A DNA stretch of 64,000 bases from Hydrolagus affinis (lineage: Eukaryota). Shown piece after piece: positions 12,444 to 24,845 of the stretch. The DNA is taken from positions 1 to 64,000 of the forward strand of contig JAAILG010001122.1 of assembly GCA_012026655.1 (NCBI GenBank), in the 5' to 3' direction. Each line of letters opens with the position of its first letter. The stretch's first letter is position 1. Below the pieces are notes generated by a model. The model ran no database searches, had not been told where the DNA came from, and was given only the letters and a program-made list of their open reading frames with translations. The translations under genes were made by a program, and so were the position numbers.

Positions 12444-13344
12444 TGGGAGCGTGTAAGGGACTGCGTAGAAGACCTCTTGGGCTGTACAATTCTAATGGAA
12501 TCTGTATGCAAATTGATTCTACGGGGAGATGTTCGAGGGGAATGTTAATGGCTTATCTCTGGTTAAGTCCGAACGAACAGTGCAAAATGATGCTGAGCTA
12601 CCTGTACGTTTACCAAATCGGAGAGACAAATCTCGCAATCCCATCGCTCTGGTCTGGAAGCAAAGCCAGAAAGATACCAAAGACAAAAGGACAAATGTTT
12701 TGACTGCAGTACCCTCAATGAGTGCCTACATGAATTCTGATCATCAGAATGCAAATCTACTCAGTCCTTATTCAGTGTAAACGTTGGCTCATTTGACGAA
12801 TAACTCAAAGCACTTGTCTAAGAACATTTTATTGCAATCATAGTCCTATAACGAAGGAGGTGTGATAATGAAAAAACAACACACTTATAAAGGCCATATA
12901 ATTATTCACTATGTTATAGTATTAATTGACAACTATAATTTACATGTGCTTTCACCCTCTTCCTATCCATTGCTCAGTAACGTGCCACTTGGAAAGAAAA
13001 ATATAGCTGTAATGTTACTGTGATATATGGAAGCCAATTAAAAATACAGGCATTACCACAAGACAAATGACTGCAACCTTGTCTTTAATATAGATAAAAG
13101 ATCATCAATTTCGCAAGCATTATTCAGTCCAAACAATTTAGCAGAATAATTCTCTTCTTTATAAATGATTATGTAAACACATATTCAGATCTCCAGATCT
13201 CCTCACTTTGTGTGAGGGGATAAACAAAATTCTTTCCTCTCGAGTAGCCTTGTCCGGTAGAGGATTAGTAAAGAAAAGCGTAACAAAAAAAGGAGGACAC
13301 TATGCACAACTTAATTCAAAGCTGCAGACAGTTTTTTGTGGTCT

Positions 13345-13490
13345 TGTACGGTATATTTTTTGTGGGCGGAAACGTGGCAGCCAATTGCGCACAGCAGTTT
13401 TCCCCACAAACAGTCGTGGATTTGAAAATGAGCCAATCTGTTTTAGTTTTTTTTTCAGGGGGGACGGATTAATATTAGGCGTGTGGAGTA
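13345..13490 (-). mobile_element. SINE central fragment
   Basis: GGCAGCCAATTGCGCACAGCAG..CACAAACAGTCGTGGAT..TTAGGCGTGTGGAGTA. Confidence 0.85.
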
Positions 13491-13654
13491 TGGATCATTA
13501 TCTGCCGTGAAAATGCTCCATTCAGGCTATGAAGGGGGAAAATGCGATGAGGATTACCTGCTCTTTGTCACTCCAATGTCCACTTCCTAAGCCACACGTG
13601 CACACGTGCACACACACACAAGCACGCACACACGCATACATGCACACACAAACA

Positions 13655-13899
13655 CGCGCGCGTGTGCCTAATAATAATCCGTAAAAAAAAAACTAAAATA
13701 AATTGGTCATTTCAATCCACTGTGTGTGTGTGGGGGACGCCGCTGTGCGCAATTGGCTGCCGCATTTCGCCCACAAATATACAGACAATTCACTTTACAG
13801 TATATTCCGTGAAGCCCTTTGAGACACAGTCTAGAAGACGTGGAAAGCGCTATATCAAATGCCAGGATTATTATTATTATTATTATCATTATGATTATT
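13655..13899 (+). mobile_element. SINE, 5'-truncated
   Basis: GCCTAATAATAATCC through to tail GAGACACAGTCTAGAAGACG and (ATT)n. Confidence 0.9.
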
Positions 13900-14689
13900 C
13901 CTTGTCTCCTTTCTCGGACTCTCTATCATATGTGCCCAGCCACACCACTCAGGATCAAAAGATCTGCTACCTTTTTCACTATCTGACTTAGTATTTAACA
14001 TTTTTTTGATGTGTATAGAAGCATTGCACTTTCTCAGTAAACAATGTGAGAAGACGCGGGACTGAACAGCACACACAATACTTTTACGTCTATTATCTAT
14101 TCATGGCACAGTTAACACTTTATGTTCAAGTCAATGAAAATATAGAACGTACAATCTGAACCTTGGCAATAAAATTACCCAAGTTAAATTTTAGTTAGGA
14201 GATTGATGGGGCTAGATGTCCCACTGAATGATGTGTGCGTGTGTGTTATGTCTGTGTGTGTAATACTGTAAAAGGAAACAAGTGAGTTATTCCCATTTGC
14301 TTCAGCTTCTGTCGTTAAAACCACTGGACATCCATTGGCTCAGAAAGTTTCGCTCGTAGTTTGGAACTCAAACCTCAGTTGCCCGACACCCACGAGTTGT
14401 AAAATCAATCCCACCATTCCAAACTCCCATTCAAATCCCAATTGAAGACTTTAAAAAACTCATTTGTGGCGCCTCATTTTTATGTGTTTTGTTACAGTGT
14501 TCAGTGTTTTGTTACAGACAGACAAATGTCTCGCTGTTTCTAACTGTCGAATGGCAGAAAGGAAGCCTGTGATTTATTTGTTTGGAGTTGAGGGGGGTGT
14601 TGATGACACTGTTGGGAGAACAGAAAGACTCGGAGCTGTCAACTGCCCACTTACATCACGCTTTGTCCTCAGAGAGAGAGGAGAGAGAA

Positions 14690-14755
14690 GCAACGACAAC
14701 GACAACAACAACAACAAGATGACATTTGTATAGCGCCTTTCACATCGGAAGAGAA
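14690..14755 (-). mobile_element. L2 3' tail fragment
   Basis: (CAA)n GACATTTGTATAGCGCCTTTCACATCGG; same motif at about 20077-20120, 20755-20825, 29492-29565 and 60045-60105. Confidence 0.75.
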
Positions 14756-15497
14756 ATGGAGGGGTTTTTGTGCGGAGGGAGAGAGGGAGGGAGGGAGAGG
14801 GTGAAAAGAGAGAACAAATCAATAAGTGTGTTAGCATTCACATCACTATTAACAGCAGTCCTGTCACTGCTCTCATTCACCGTATCACTCAGTGGAAGCA
14901 AGACTCACAGGCAGTCAATACATTTCCCCTTCCAGCAAATCCAAACAATCTCACTGGCAATGAAAGGAAGATATTCCCAGCAAGTGTTGAGTGTGCCAAA
15001 TGAACTCCCCTGGATTCACCACATAAATCACCCTCTCTTTTTCAGATAAAAGTCAGCGTCTCGTCTGGTCCGCACTATTTCACAACCACAGTTTAACCTG
15101 ATAAGGTGATTCGTCTCTGTCAAACTGTTAAAATGATAATGCCAATTAAATAACAGGAGTAATTGCTGGTTTGTCCCTCCAGAATTCCCTTAAGATATTG
15201 TTGTGGAATATGAATGAGGTCTGGTGTTACTCGCAAGAACGGCAATGTGATTTGTATCTTTTAACCTTCTTTCAACCCTGCTTCCTGATCCAATGATCAT
15301 AATTATAATTTAAATATTAAGGGTCAGTGGTGGGGGGGGGGGGGGTTTGAAAAGAAAATCCACCAACAATAAAAAATAATCCAGTTAGTCTTCAGAGAGA
15401 GAGGAAAAAAAACTTACTTCGCAAGACGCAGAAATACTCAAAACTTGCCATCAAAAGCGCACACTTTCTTTCCATCCATCTTAAGCCTCGCTCACTT

Positions 15498-15615
15498 AAT
15501 AAATAATGACCCTAGCAATTGATATAGCGCCTTATCAGCACTTTGAGATGTCTCAAAGTGCTTCGCAGAATATACTGTCAAGTGAACTGACTGTACATTT
15601 TTCTGAGCGAAATGC
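15498..15615 (-). mobile_element. SINE tail fragment
   Basis: TTGATATAGCGCC..GTCTCAAAGTGCTTCGCAGAATATACTGT. Confidence 0.8.
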
Positions 15616-16732
15616 TTAAGGTACATGTTCCACTTAAGGTAGATTGATAAAATCCCAGGACAAATTGAAATGTTCCCACTAGGATTTCGGAACCCAAAGT
15701 TTAACCACGTTTCGATGACACCACGAGAAGAATTGGGAGCATCTCAAAGTGACACATGGGGATTAAACTAGGCTAATATTTCTCCAGGCTTTAATGAGCT
15801 CAAGTTCGATTAATAATAGTGACAATTATTCGCAAACCTACTTGTTGGCTAGTTGTGCACACACACACGCACACACACACAGAGAAGCAGACCCCCAAAA
15901 CTGACCATCGCAGATTTTCTGTGCAAATTTTTCGGTTTGATCGATTCTTTTTTACCCCCCCAAAAAGAGAGGACCGGAGCCAAATTTTTCACTCAATACC
16001 TGTGAAGCTGTGCTTGCTCTATTAGAGTTCTCAAAGCCAGCGCAAGACAGATACCCAGTGGTAATGATCCTTCCAGCGTTAGCTTTGATGAGTGCGTGCA
16101 CACACACACACACAAAAAAAAAATCGCCAATGAATGGAATGAATGGCAAGTTGATGCTCACAGAGAGAAACTGTGGCTCTCTTCATGATCCATAGAGAGG
16201 GTGTCCCATTGTTTGTCCAGTGGTGTGAGAGAGTATGTGTGCGTGTCTGTGAGTGTGTGTGTACGTATGTACTGTATACATGTGAGACTATAGCTTCGTC
16301 CATGGCAAAAGCAAATGTTCTTTCATTTTTACTTTATATTTTCCCCCATCTAGTGGTTTTGTGGAAATGTAATCCCAACGCTCATTATCTATAACCTCCG
16401 AGCACAAAATGTGAATTATTAAAGTATCATATAATTGTGATATTTGAATCCCTTTTCTCTTTTTTCTTAAATATTCCTTTAATCTTTTTTTTTTCCTGGT
16501 GCCAAAGGGCCCTGCTGGAAACAAAGTCTTTTTTTATCAAATTAGTGCTCTCCACTCTCAGACATTAGCTCTCTGCTATTTTCTTTTGGTGGCTCTCTTT
16601 CTCTGTTCTGGTAACTTTTTATTTTTTTATTCCCCCTGTATCAAAACTCACGGCGTATCAGTACTTTTCTCTTACCCTCTGCCATTTCTCACACCAGTGT
16701 GTAACTCATGATCTCATCCGTCTAACATTTGC

Positions 16733-17046
16733 GGAGCTCCTGTAGCTCAGTGAGTTAGAGCACTCTCACCTTACAAGCGTGAGTGAGACCTGTGTTTTGA
16801 ATCCAGGCAGGTCAGGGCGAAACCTTGGGCAAGTTTCCTTACTCACACACACAAACACACACACACGCGCGCGCCTAATAATAATCCATCCAAAAAAACA
16901 AACAATAATAAAATTGGTCATTTCAATCCATGACTGTTTGTGGGGGACGCTGCTGTGCGCAATTGACTGCTGCGTTTCACCCACAAATAGACTGTCAATT
17001 CACTTTACAGTATATTCTGTGAAGCGCTTTGAGACGTCTAGAAGAA
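16733..17046 (+). mobile_element. tRNA/Deu SINE, near full length (extreme 3' end lost)
   Basis: Head to GAGACGTCTAGAAGA intact; no (ATT)n tail. Confidence 0.95.
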
Positions 17047-17349
17047 AGCAAACCAGCGCGAGTGAGTCGGCTCGAGCCAAAGCTCAATGTGACACAGTGG
17101 TTGTGCACTTTACAGCGAATCAAAGCATTTTGATCGCCCAATATTCTTGGGAATCAGATAAACAGGTTGCTTCCCCCGTCCAGGGAGAGCGAGAGCGAGA
17201 GGGAGAGAGAGAGAGTGCACATTCCACGTTTCGCCCACAAATATACAGTGAATTCACTGTAAAATACTCTTTATACTAGTGAATTCACTTTAAAATAAAA
17301 AGTCCTTTCAAACCTCCTCCCGATGTGAAAGGTGCAATGGGCAAAACCT

Positions 17350-17465
17350 GGAGCGGAGGGGATAGTGCACAGGTCAGTGGGAGATGAGTCGAGCAGATGA
17401 AGGAAGAAATTTAAGGACCTGAATTGGGAAAGCGTAGACTTGAAATCAATCTGCTTACGCTGGTG
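17350..17465 (-). mobile_element. Degenerate L2 ORF2 C-terminal fragment
   Basis: Minus translation QIDFKSTLSQFRSLN resembles the L2 motif RIxFKILLLxFKSLN. Confidence 0.5.
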
Positions 17466-18359
17466 AAGAAGGGACCTTTTAGTGCATCTCATTTAATAGG
17501 CCACAGTCTGTTTTTCTGACCTTTCCAAAATCCATGATCCAGTGGAATTTCTAAATAAATGTGGCAGGATTTCAGCAACAATATTTTTTTGCGTTTTTTT
17601 TAAAAAAAAATGTCTGATCATCAAGGAATGCCTTTTAAAAAGTGGGGGTGAGGTGGGGGAGGGGAGGGAGGGGTGGTGGGGGTTTGCTTCCTGGTAAGAG
17701 AGAAACAATCTCATAGCCCAGGATGTACGTACAGTACTTGGACAGGGAGAGGGTGTTTCACTTGACTGTCGGGAATTGGAAACATGGTGTTTGTCGTCGC
17801 ATTATAACTGCCTCTCCTCTCAACTGGTGCATTGAAATTTCCAGCTGGCAAGGTTCTTGTTGCGAGATTGTTGAAGCCCCTTTAAGAGTTCAACACCAGC
17901 CTTTGGTCTGAGCCACAGAGAGAAAGAAGGAAAGAAAAAAAAAATCACAGCCATGAACCATTAGATACACTTTTCAGCAAATTAGAGTGATTAATTTTAG
18001 CCTGAAGCATCAACAAAGAGTAAAAGCATTTCATTTATTGGTGTTCCCAAATATCCTGTTTGTCCTCATTATATTCTCCGCAGTACACAAATTATGATCA
18101 TAGCTTCCTTTCCACACTTCACAGACAAGAGTTAATTAAAACAAACACATTTCTTTAATGTAGGATATGGTCTGTAACGAAAAGAATCAGGTCACTTATA
18201 AGAACGCTTGAGGGGATAAAGGATAAAAAAAAACAGGCTACGGCCATTAAGTAGCTTCACACGTGTATTAGTTCTCTCCTACATGGTGTGAAAATACAAA
18301 GCCTTTAGTTCAGACATTGAACACAAGGATTTGTTGGTCAACAGAATGCCACAGTCCAT

Positions 18360-18625
18360 CCATTTCGCCCTCCACCATTCCTGGCAGTCAGTCACTCGAG
18401 GTTACCTGTACCCCAAACTACACGCACAGCATCCCAGATATTATTTTCTAGCAGAAATCTGTCTGGTTTTATTCTTGAAACAAACGCTTTCTGCTTCCAC
18501 CGTTTCCCAAAGTAGGTCTGTTTGCTACTCGTTTGCTGAAGTAGTGTTTCCGCAGTGTTTGCTTTGAATTTTACCTCAATCCACCGCCTTCACCCCAATC
18601 GCAGGCCACATACTCTGGTCTCGAA
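18360..18625 (-). mobile_element. Degenerate CR1 3' fragment
   Basis: TTCTTGAAA..TTCTGCTTCCACC..GTAGTGTTTCC pattern typical of reversed CR1 ORF2 end; similar to 51215-51300. Confidence 0.5.
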
Positions 18626-18939
18626 ATATATTACATAGAAACTCTGAAGTATGAGTAAATAACTAAATACTGTGTATCTAGGTATATATACATAGCAACT
18701 CTAAGAGACGGGTATTGCATTTTCATATTGACTATCTTGTCACCAAGGTATTTGAGTGTGTCCAGAAAATTCACCCAACCTGGTTAAAGTTAGATGACAA
18801 TGGACAGGAAGCTTTCCACTGAAACCAAATCCATGACAGCCCATCCTCTGACAACTAACTATCGAGGGATATTTACTTTCCTCCCAGCCACCCCGCTAAC
18901 CAGGCTGACTAAAAAGGGAATTGGGATAAGCATTCCCAG

Positions 18940-19080
18940 TATAATAATAATCCTTGCATTTGATTTAGCGCCTTATCACGTCGCCGTGACGTCTCAAAGC
19001 TCTCCGCGGAAACGTACCGCGAGATGAATCGAACTGTATATTTTGTGGGCGAAACGCGGCAGCCCATTGCGCACAGTGAC
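18940..19080 (-). mobile_element. SINE 3' half
   Basis: ATAATCCTTGCATTTGA..GACGTCTCAAAG..GTGGGCGAAACGCGGCAGCC. Confidence 0.85.
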
Positions 19081-19526
19081 GTCGCGACCGACATTTGCGG
19101 ATGACCAAATTATTCCCAGCGTTTCTCTATGTGCTGGATGTATCATGCCAGCAAATTGGCACAGGATGCAAGCGATTATAATGAATGATGTACTAACAGG
19201 CTATTATGAGTTAGATGCCATCGACCACAAGAGAGTATTGACATAGCTTCACATCCACCCCCTGGGATGTCAGGCTGCCTGGATGCCTGCCATGAAGAAA
19301 TGGGACACTTCGCACTCGAGCACCTGGGAATCTAGACACAGACCATCTCTGTGAAGGCAGATATTTATTTAAGGAAACCAAGGAGCGGCGAAGAAATGTC
19401 AGCTATTTGCTCATTAACCATCTGCCCACAAAAATGGCCAAAAAAAAAGAGAGAAAGAAAGTGTAACAGCGGGATCCGGAAAGTGTTTGCGCAGAAGTGT
19501 CGGGAAAGACCTGTGGAGGTTTCTAA

Positions 19527-19780
19527 ATAATAATAATAATAATTAGTATTATTATCCTCGCATTGAAACCGCACCTTGTCGCGTGTGCTAGACGTCTCTC
19601 AGTGCTTCAACGAACACACTGTGATGCGAATTGACTGCGCATTTTGTGGGCGAAACGCAGCAGCCAATGGCTCGCAGCAGCGTTCCCCCCCCACCCTCCA
19701 TCTACCCACATACACACACACACAAACAGCCGTGGATTAACGTGACTAAATTATAATTTTTTTCTCTCAGGGGATTATTG
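19527..19780 (-). mobile_element. SINE, 5'-truncated, diverged
   Basis: (AAT)n, TAGACGTCTC, GTGGGCGAAACGCAGCAGCCAAT, CACAAACAGCCGTGGATT. Confidence 0.8.
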
Positions 19781-20886
19781 CTACAGTACCCCCATTCCAC
19801 AAACAATCGGTTTGTATCCACGTACACGATATCTTCGCTCATCTTTTTTTTGAAATAACAATGTGAATCTAGTTCCCTGTGACACCTTGAGATGCAAATC
19901 ACATCCTTCACTTAATCTCTAAATTGTGTTGTTGTTCTAGACGAGATTTTTGAAAGGAAGCATTAGGGCATTAACATTGTTTGTTGTTCTCTAATTGTCC
20001 CACTTGACTCTCTCTCCTTCTGCCCGGTTTTGTAAAGAGTGAGGGGGGTGGGGGTGGGGGTGGTAGTGGTGGTGGTAACAACAACAACAACTTGATCTTA
20101 TATAGCGCCCTTCACACAGGCCAGAGTTGGGCGAACGTCAGATGAAATTCAAATCACATTTTGATTATTAACGAAAGAGCCACAAGTCAGATTGCGAGAG
20201 TTTGAGGAGAGGAGAATTTTCCACACTGTTTGGGGATAATCTGTCATTAATTATGCTAATTGGGAATAATTTAAACGTCCAACTCTGTTAATTGGACTAG
20301 ACATTCCCTGATAACTCAAAATATGTCAATCCCGGCTTTATTATTCTTATTGGGGGTAGTTAAGGCTCTTACTGATTGCTTGAGAGAATATTTACTCGAA
20401 TGTTAAAGTGGGCCAACACTCTCTTACACATCAGTCTATCGGACTAGGCGGGTGTGGACAGACAGATCTGTGCGTTATGGATTAGTGGCAGATTCATGCA
20501 AAACTATACCAAATCTGAGACATATTAATTTTGAACCTTAATGGATCTAAATTTGGGATTAATTGAGATTGATTCCTGGCTCCTCGGTTCCTACTGTGAA
20601 TCAGGCTCCGCTCGCGCGAGATTCACAATCCTCAACCGAGCCGGATAAAAACAAATGCTCTTCACACTGAGGCACACGATCGCAATGACAAACAGCCTCT
20701 CGCGACGGGTGAGCTGCGGCTAGAATCCCTCGCACACAACTTGCAACACCCACCCAAACAACAACAACAACAACCACATGTGTATCGCGCCTTTCACGTC
20801 GGGAGGATGTACCAAAGAGCTGGACAGTCAAAAGGTTTCAGACCCATTGCCTTTTATGCAACACTCTCAAGCCCTGCTTCCCCAGA

Positions 20887-20985
20887 ACTGACTGACTGAC
20901 TCACTGACTGACTGACTGACTGACTGACTCACTGACTCACTCACTCACTCACTCTCCCATCCACCCACTCACCCACTCACCCACC
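20887..20985. repeat. Compound (CTGA)n/(CTCA)n/(CCCA)n tetranucleotide array
   Basis: Direct reading. Confidence 0.9.
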
Positions 20986-21469
20986 CCTGAGCTGATGACA
21001 TTGTCCATTGTTGGTCACACATCCAGGGCAGTAGGTCAGACAAAGCCAGACTGGATTTGAGGATCCCAATGGGTTGTTGGGCTCAAGGCTGTTTGGCCGA
21101 GTCCTTTTCTGGAGCTAATTACCTGCCGTAAACGGGTACGACAGATCGAGAGCGAAGCCTTTTTAAGAGGTGAAAGGAGGTTTCCATTTTTGCAGGGTTG
21201 TTTTCACCTGTGGGTGCAGCAGCCCTATATTATTGGGGGTGGGAGGGTGGGGGGCACTGGGAAAGAACAAGGGGTTTGGGATTAAGCTGGACGGTTTCTT
21301 GAAGGAGGAAACGCCACCATGAATGAATGGCCCCAAAGTGCTTTATTTATGTTTTCGGGTAGTGGAGTTGAGGGTGGGGGAGGAAGGAATGACTACAGTT
21401 CGATGCACACTTATCTCTGGGTCTTTATGAGTTTTTGCAAAACTTTTTATGGAATTTTCTGCTACCGTC

Positions 21470-21740
21470 CATTTATTTACTCTGAATAAAGATTTCCAAT
21501 AGCCCATTAAACAAGCTGGTTGTAAGAAATTGGGGGTAATTGGTTTTAGCTCAGCTTTGAATCGGTAATGGCTCTTTGAGTGGCCGTCCTGAAGCAGCAA
21601 TATTTTTCTAAGAGCTTTTTGGTTAATTACCATGCTGCAAAAAGGGAACTCTGTTTAATTGACATGGCTGGATAATGGAGACATTATCACCTCCATCATA
21701 AAAGCCTGTATTTAGATTTGAACTCATTTTTCAGCTATAT
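21470..21740. promoter_or_regulatory. Putative conserved non-coding element
   Basis: Repeat-free block with GTAATTG, TTAATTA, TTAATTG and CATAAAA motifs, bounded by G-rich low-complexity DNA. Confidence 0.35.
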
Positions 21741-22509
21741 ACGTACGGGGTCAGGGGGTAGGCAGTGCCTTAACACACAGGCTTAATGCCATGGGAAGCT
21801 ACCCTGTGTTGGTGTGTGGGGGGGAGTGGGGGGTGGGCGAAATCAAGGCAAGTTGTTGTTGTTGCCCTCTCTAACTGAAGAACCCCCCCCCAACCTACCC
21901 ATCACTCCCCACCCCCCACTCCACCACCCTCCCTCCCCACACCCCCCCAATTCTTGAAAACATCAACATGCCGCGGATGGCTGGAAGAGAAATGGAACCC
22001 TGCTAAGTACATTCAAAGTGGTGTGCAACTCATTTCGAAAAGTATTCCTTTCTTCAGCAACTATGGGACTTATTGATCCGACAGCGCAAGATGGACTCCA
22101 GTGGTAGGATTCATCATGCCTTAGACAGGCTGTCCTAATGAAGAGTGATAAGGTTTTTTGCTCTGTTGGGGTTTCATCGAGCAGCCCTGGATTGATTGCA
22201 AGCCCACTTAAAAAGAATGGCATCTTCCTTGGGTGGATGGGGAGGGGGGTGGGAGGGTGGGGGGGCGGGCGGGGGGTGTGGGCCCTCACTGTGGACTAAG
22301 CTAAATGCCCATCAGCTGCTCTTCAAATCCCCCCTCCCCCCCACCCCCACTCTGACATCCACGCAGTCAACCTCAACTCTATCAAACCAACCGGACGGAC
22401 ATCATCGCTCCTGAACGAAGTTCCCGTTAAAGGTGATATGCGAAACCCACCCACCCGCCGCTTGTTATCTTTTATGATTCTGATTTTCTTTTAAAGGAAA
22501 AGATGATAA

Positions 22510-22609
22510 NNNNNNNNNNNNNNNNNNNNNNNNNNNNNNNNNNNNNNNNNNNNNNNNNNNNNNNNNNNNNNNNNNNNNNNNNNNNNNNNNNNNNNNNNNN
22601 NNNNNNNNN
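22510..22609. other. Assembly gap (100 N)
   Basis: Run of exactly 100 N; true size unknown. Confidence 1.
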
Positions 22610-22663
22610 GGGTCCTTCTCGCTTGGGAGGCATGAGCTCTAACCACTGAGCTACCAGGACTCC
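22610..22663 (-). mobile_element. SINE tRNA-like head running into the gap
   Basis: CTCTAACCACTGAGCTACCAGGACTCC is the reverse complement of the SINE 5' end. Confidence 0.8.
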
Positions 22664-23379
22664 ATGATATTCGAGCAATGTGATATTGATCAACGTATCA
22701 TACACTGGCCACCCAAAGCTAAGACCTCCTGTGTGCCAGCCTGTTAGCCCCATTAAGTCACAGCCTCAACAAATATGCCTGTGGCTATATGCGCTCGCGC
22801 ACCTGTCCAGCTCTAATGTCCTGGTTATTATCGTTTTCCAGCTGTGATTGATAGAAATTATTTGATTAATAGCTGGTTGAATGTTCTCTGAGCTTTGCTA
22901 AAGTGAGCTGCAAATTAATTTAATGTCCCCACTGGTGTCGCGAGGTCTGAAGCCCGGATCAGTGTGATGATGTGTAAACCATTCGCGGCATGTATTTAAT
23001 CTCCGGACAAAGGATGGAGATGTTAATGCATGCTACACTAAGTTCTATTTATGCCAGACTATTAAGATTGCTCAGGCTGAACGTAATTTCAACCACTTCC
23101 CGGCTTAAACGGGCAGAGAGAGGACGGAAACAACTCGCGTTTAGCAGGAACGGGAAGAATCAATTACGGAGAAGGGACCCAACACGCGAAATGAAAGGTT
23201 GTTGTTGTTTTGTTTTTTTGGTCTGAAGCATCCGCACTGAAATGAGACACCACAATTAGACTCACTCACTCACTCACTCTGTGCCACAATTGCCAGGATG
23301 GTAGGAAGGCCAACTGGATGGACCTCAGTCTTCTTTCATCTCACTAATTCTTGTGTTTTTAACCCCCCCACCCCACACA

Positions 23380-23660
23380 CTCTGGAACTCTATCGCACAG
23401 TCCCTTCTCCTCGCTCCCTACCCTGGCCTCCTTCAAGGCCGGTCTCAAAACCGTCCTCTTCGACCATCCTCTTCTGCTGCCCTCCCAACTCTCTCTCCCT
23501 CCCCTCTTAACTCTCTCCCTCCCCACCTAACTCTCTGCCGCCACCCTCCCCTCCCCCGCCACGCTGCCTCTCTCCCTTGTTCCAGCTCCTGACCTGATGT
23601 TCAGAGCCTTGGGATGTCCTCCCCGACCTGAAAGGCTGCCCTACAAATGTACTTTTGTTC
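23380..23660 (+). mobile_element. L2 LINE ORF2 end and 3' UTR
   Basis: LWNS..SL then, after a frameshift, LASFKAGLKTVLF; pyrimidine-rich UTR; CAGAGCCTTGGGATGTCC..TGAAAGG tail. Confidence 0.85.
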
Positions 23661-24500
23661 CACGGCATTTCCAAATCCCGAGGATTTAGTGTCCTGCTAC
23701 TCTACCCCTGCCCAGCCATCCTCCTCGCTCAGGCAATCAAAATTATTACGAGGGCTTTAAGCGTTGCAGCCTCCTAATTTATATTAACCGAAAGACAGCG
23801 AATAATTTCAGCTTGCATAATTAGATATTTTAAAAAGATACGTGTGTGCCAAGCTTTCACATTCGCCAAACAACAAATGGCTCCCCTGTGCTAAATAAAC
23901 AAGAGGCCATCGACTCGCTTAGTTGCTGGAGTCATTACCTATAATAATTTTTGAGCAATGCAATTTGTTTTGCTTGTTGCAGACGCCCGAGACATCGTTG
24001 AACGCACTGCCCGGCATTCAAACACTGCGAACACAAAGTCTTAGACTAGGGTACAGCAGTCCGAAACCGAGCAAATTCTGCGAGTGTATAGATATTTTTT
24101 TTCTGTATTAAAATGTACGTCACTGACCCACAGAAGCCAAATACAAGGCCGTTACAATGAGTGTGTGTGTGTGTGTGTGAATATCCCGGGTACACACTGA
24201 TAGCTACAGATTTCTGTGCGTTCACACCCTGTCGTCAGTACGGTTTAAAAGGGTAAACTCTGCTTGTAAAATTTGGGATAAGGAAGGCCAGACAATGCAC
24301 TTGGAAAAGATCACACACAAACACACACACACACCAGGAGGGAGATACAGCAGTGGGCATTCCTACACAAAGATTTAGCCAGTTACGATCCATATTTGCT
24401 GCTTCAAAACTTCAAATGCCAGCTCCTTCAGCCACTCTGTTTGCCATGTTTTGTATACATATATATTATGTGTATACAGTATATATATATATATATGTGT

Positions 24501-24845
24501 GGAGTCCTGTAGCTCAGTGGTTAGAGCACTAGCCTTACAAGCGTGAGACCTGTGTTCGAATCCAGGTAGGTCAGGGTGAAACTGTGGGCAAGTTTCCTTA
24601 CTACACACACACACACATACACACACCTAATAATAATCCCTCCAAAAAAACACGATAACAAAATTGGTCATTTCAATCCACGATTGTTTGTGCGGGGGGG
24701 ACGCAGCTGTGCGCAATTGGCTGCCACGTTTCGCCCACAAACACACAGTCGATTCACTTTACAGTATATTCTGTGAAGCGCTTTGAGACGTCTAGAAGAC
24801 GTGAAAAGCGCTGTATTAAATTCAAGGATTGTTATTATTATTATT
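24501..24845 (+). mobile_element. tRNA/Deu SINE, full length
   Basis: All modules present; GTCTAGAAGACGTG tail variant. Confidence 0.95.

Noticed and set aside
12529-12780. 83-aa ORF in unique sequence
   Set aside because: No recognisable motif or supporting splice and promoter context.
16779-17279. Recurring ORF family (e.g. KLVISIHDCLWGTLLCAIGCRVSPTN..YSVKRFETSRR) seen at many loci
   Set aside because: These are translations of SINE copies, with variable frames and stops; not a gene family.
21810-21950. G-rich/C-rich inverted match and many G-quadruplex-like runs (3725-3790, 5680-5770, 29950-29990, 52200-52310, 60540-60590)
   Set aside because: Low-complexity G-runs are ubiquitous in this window, so such matches are expected by chance.
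22472-22753. ORF spanning the N run
   Set aside because: Artefact of the assembly gap.
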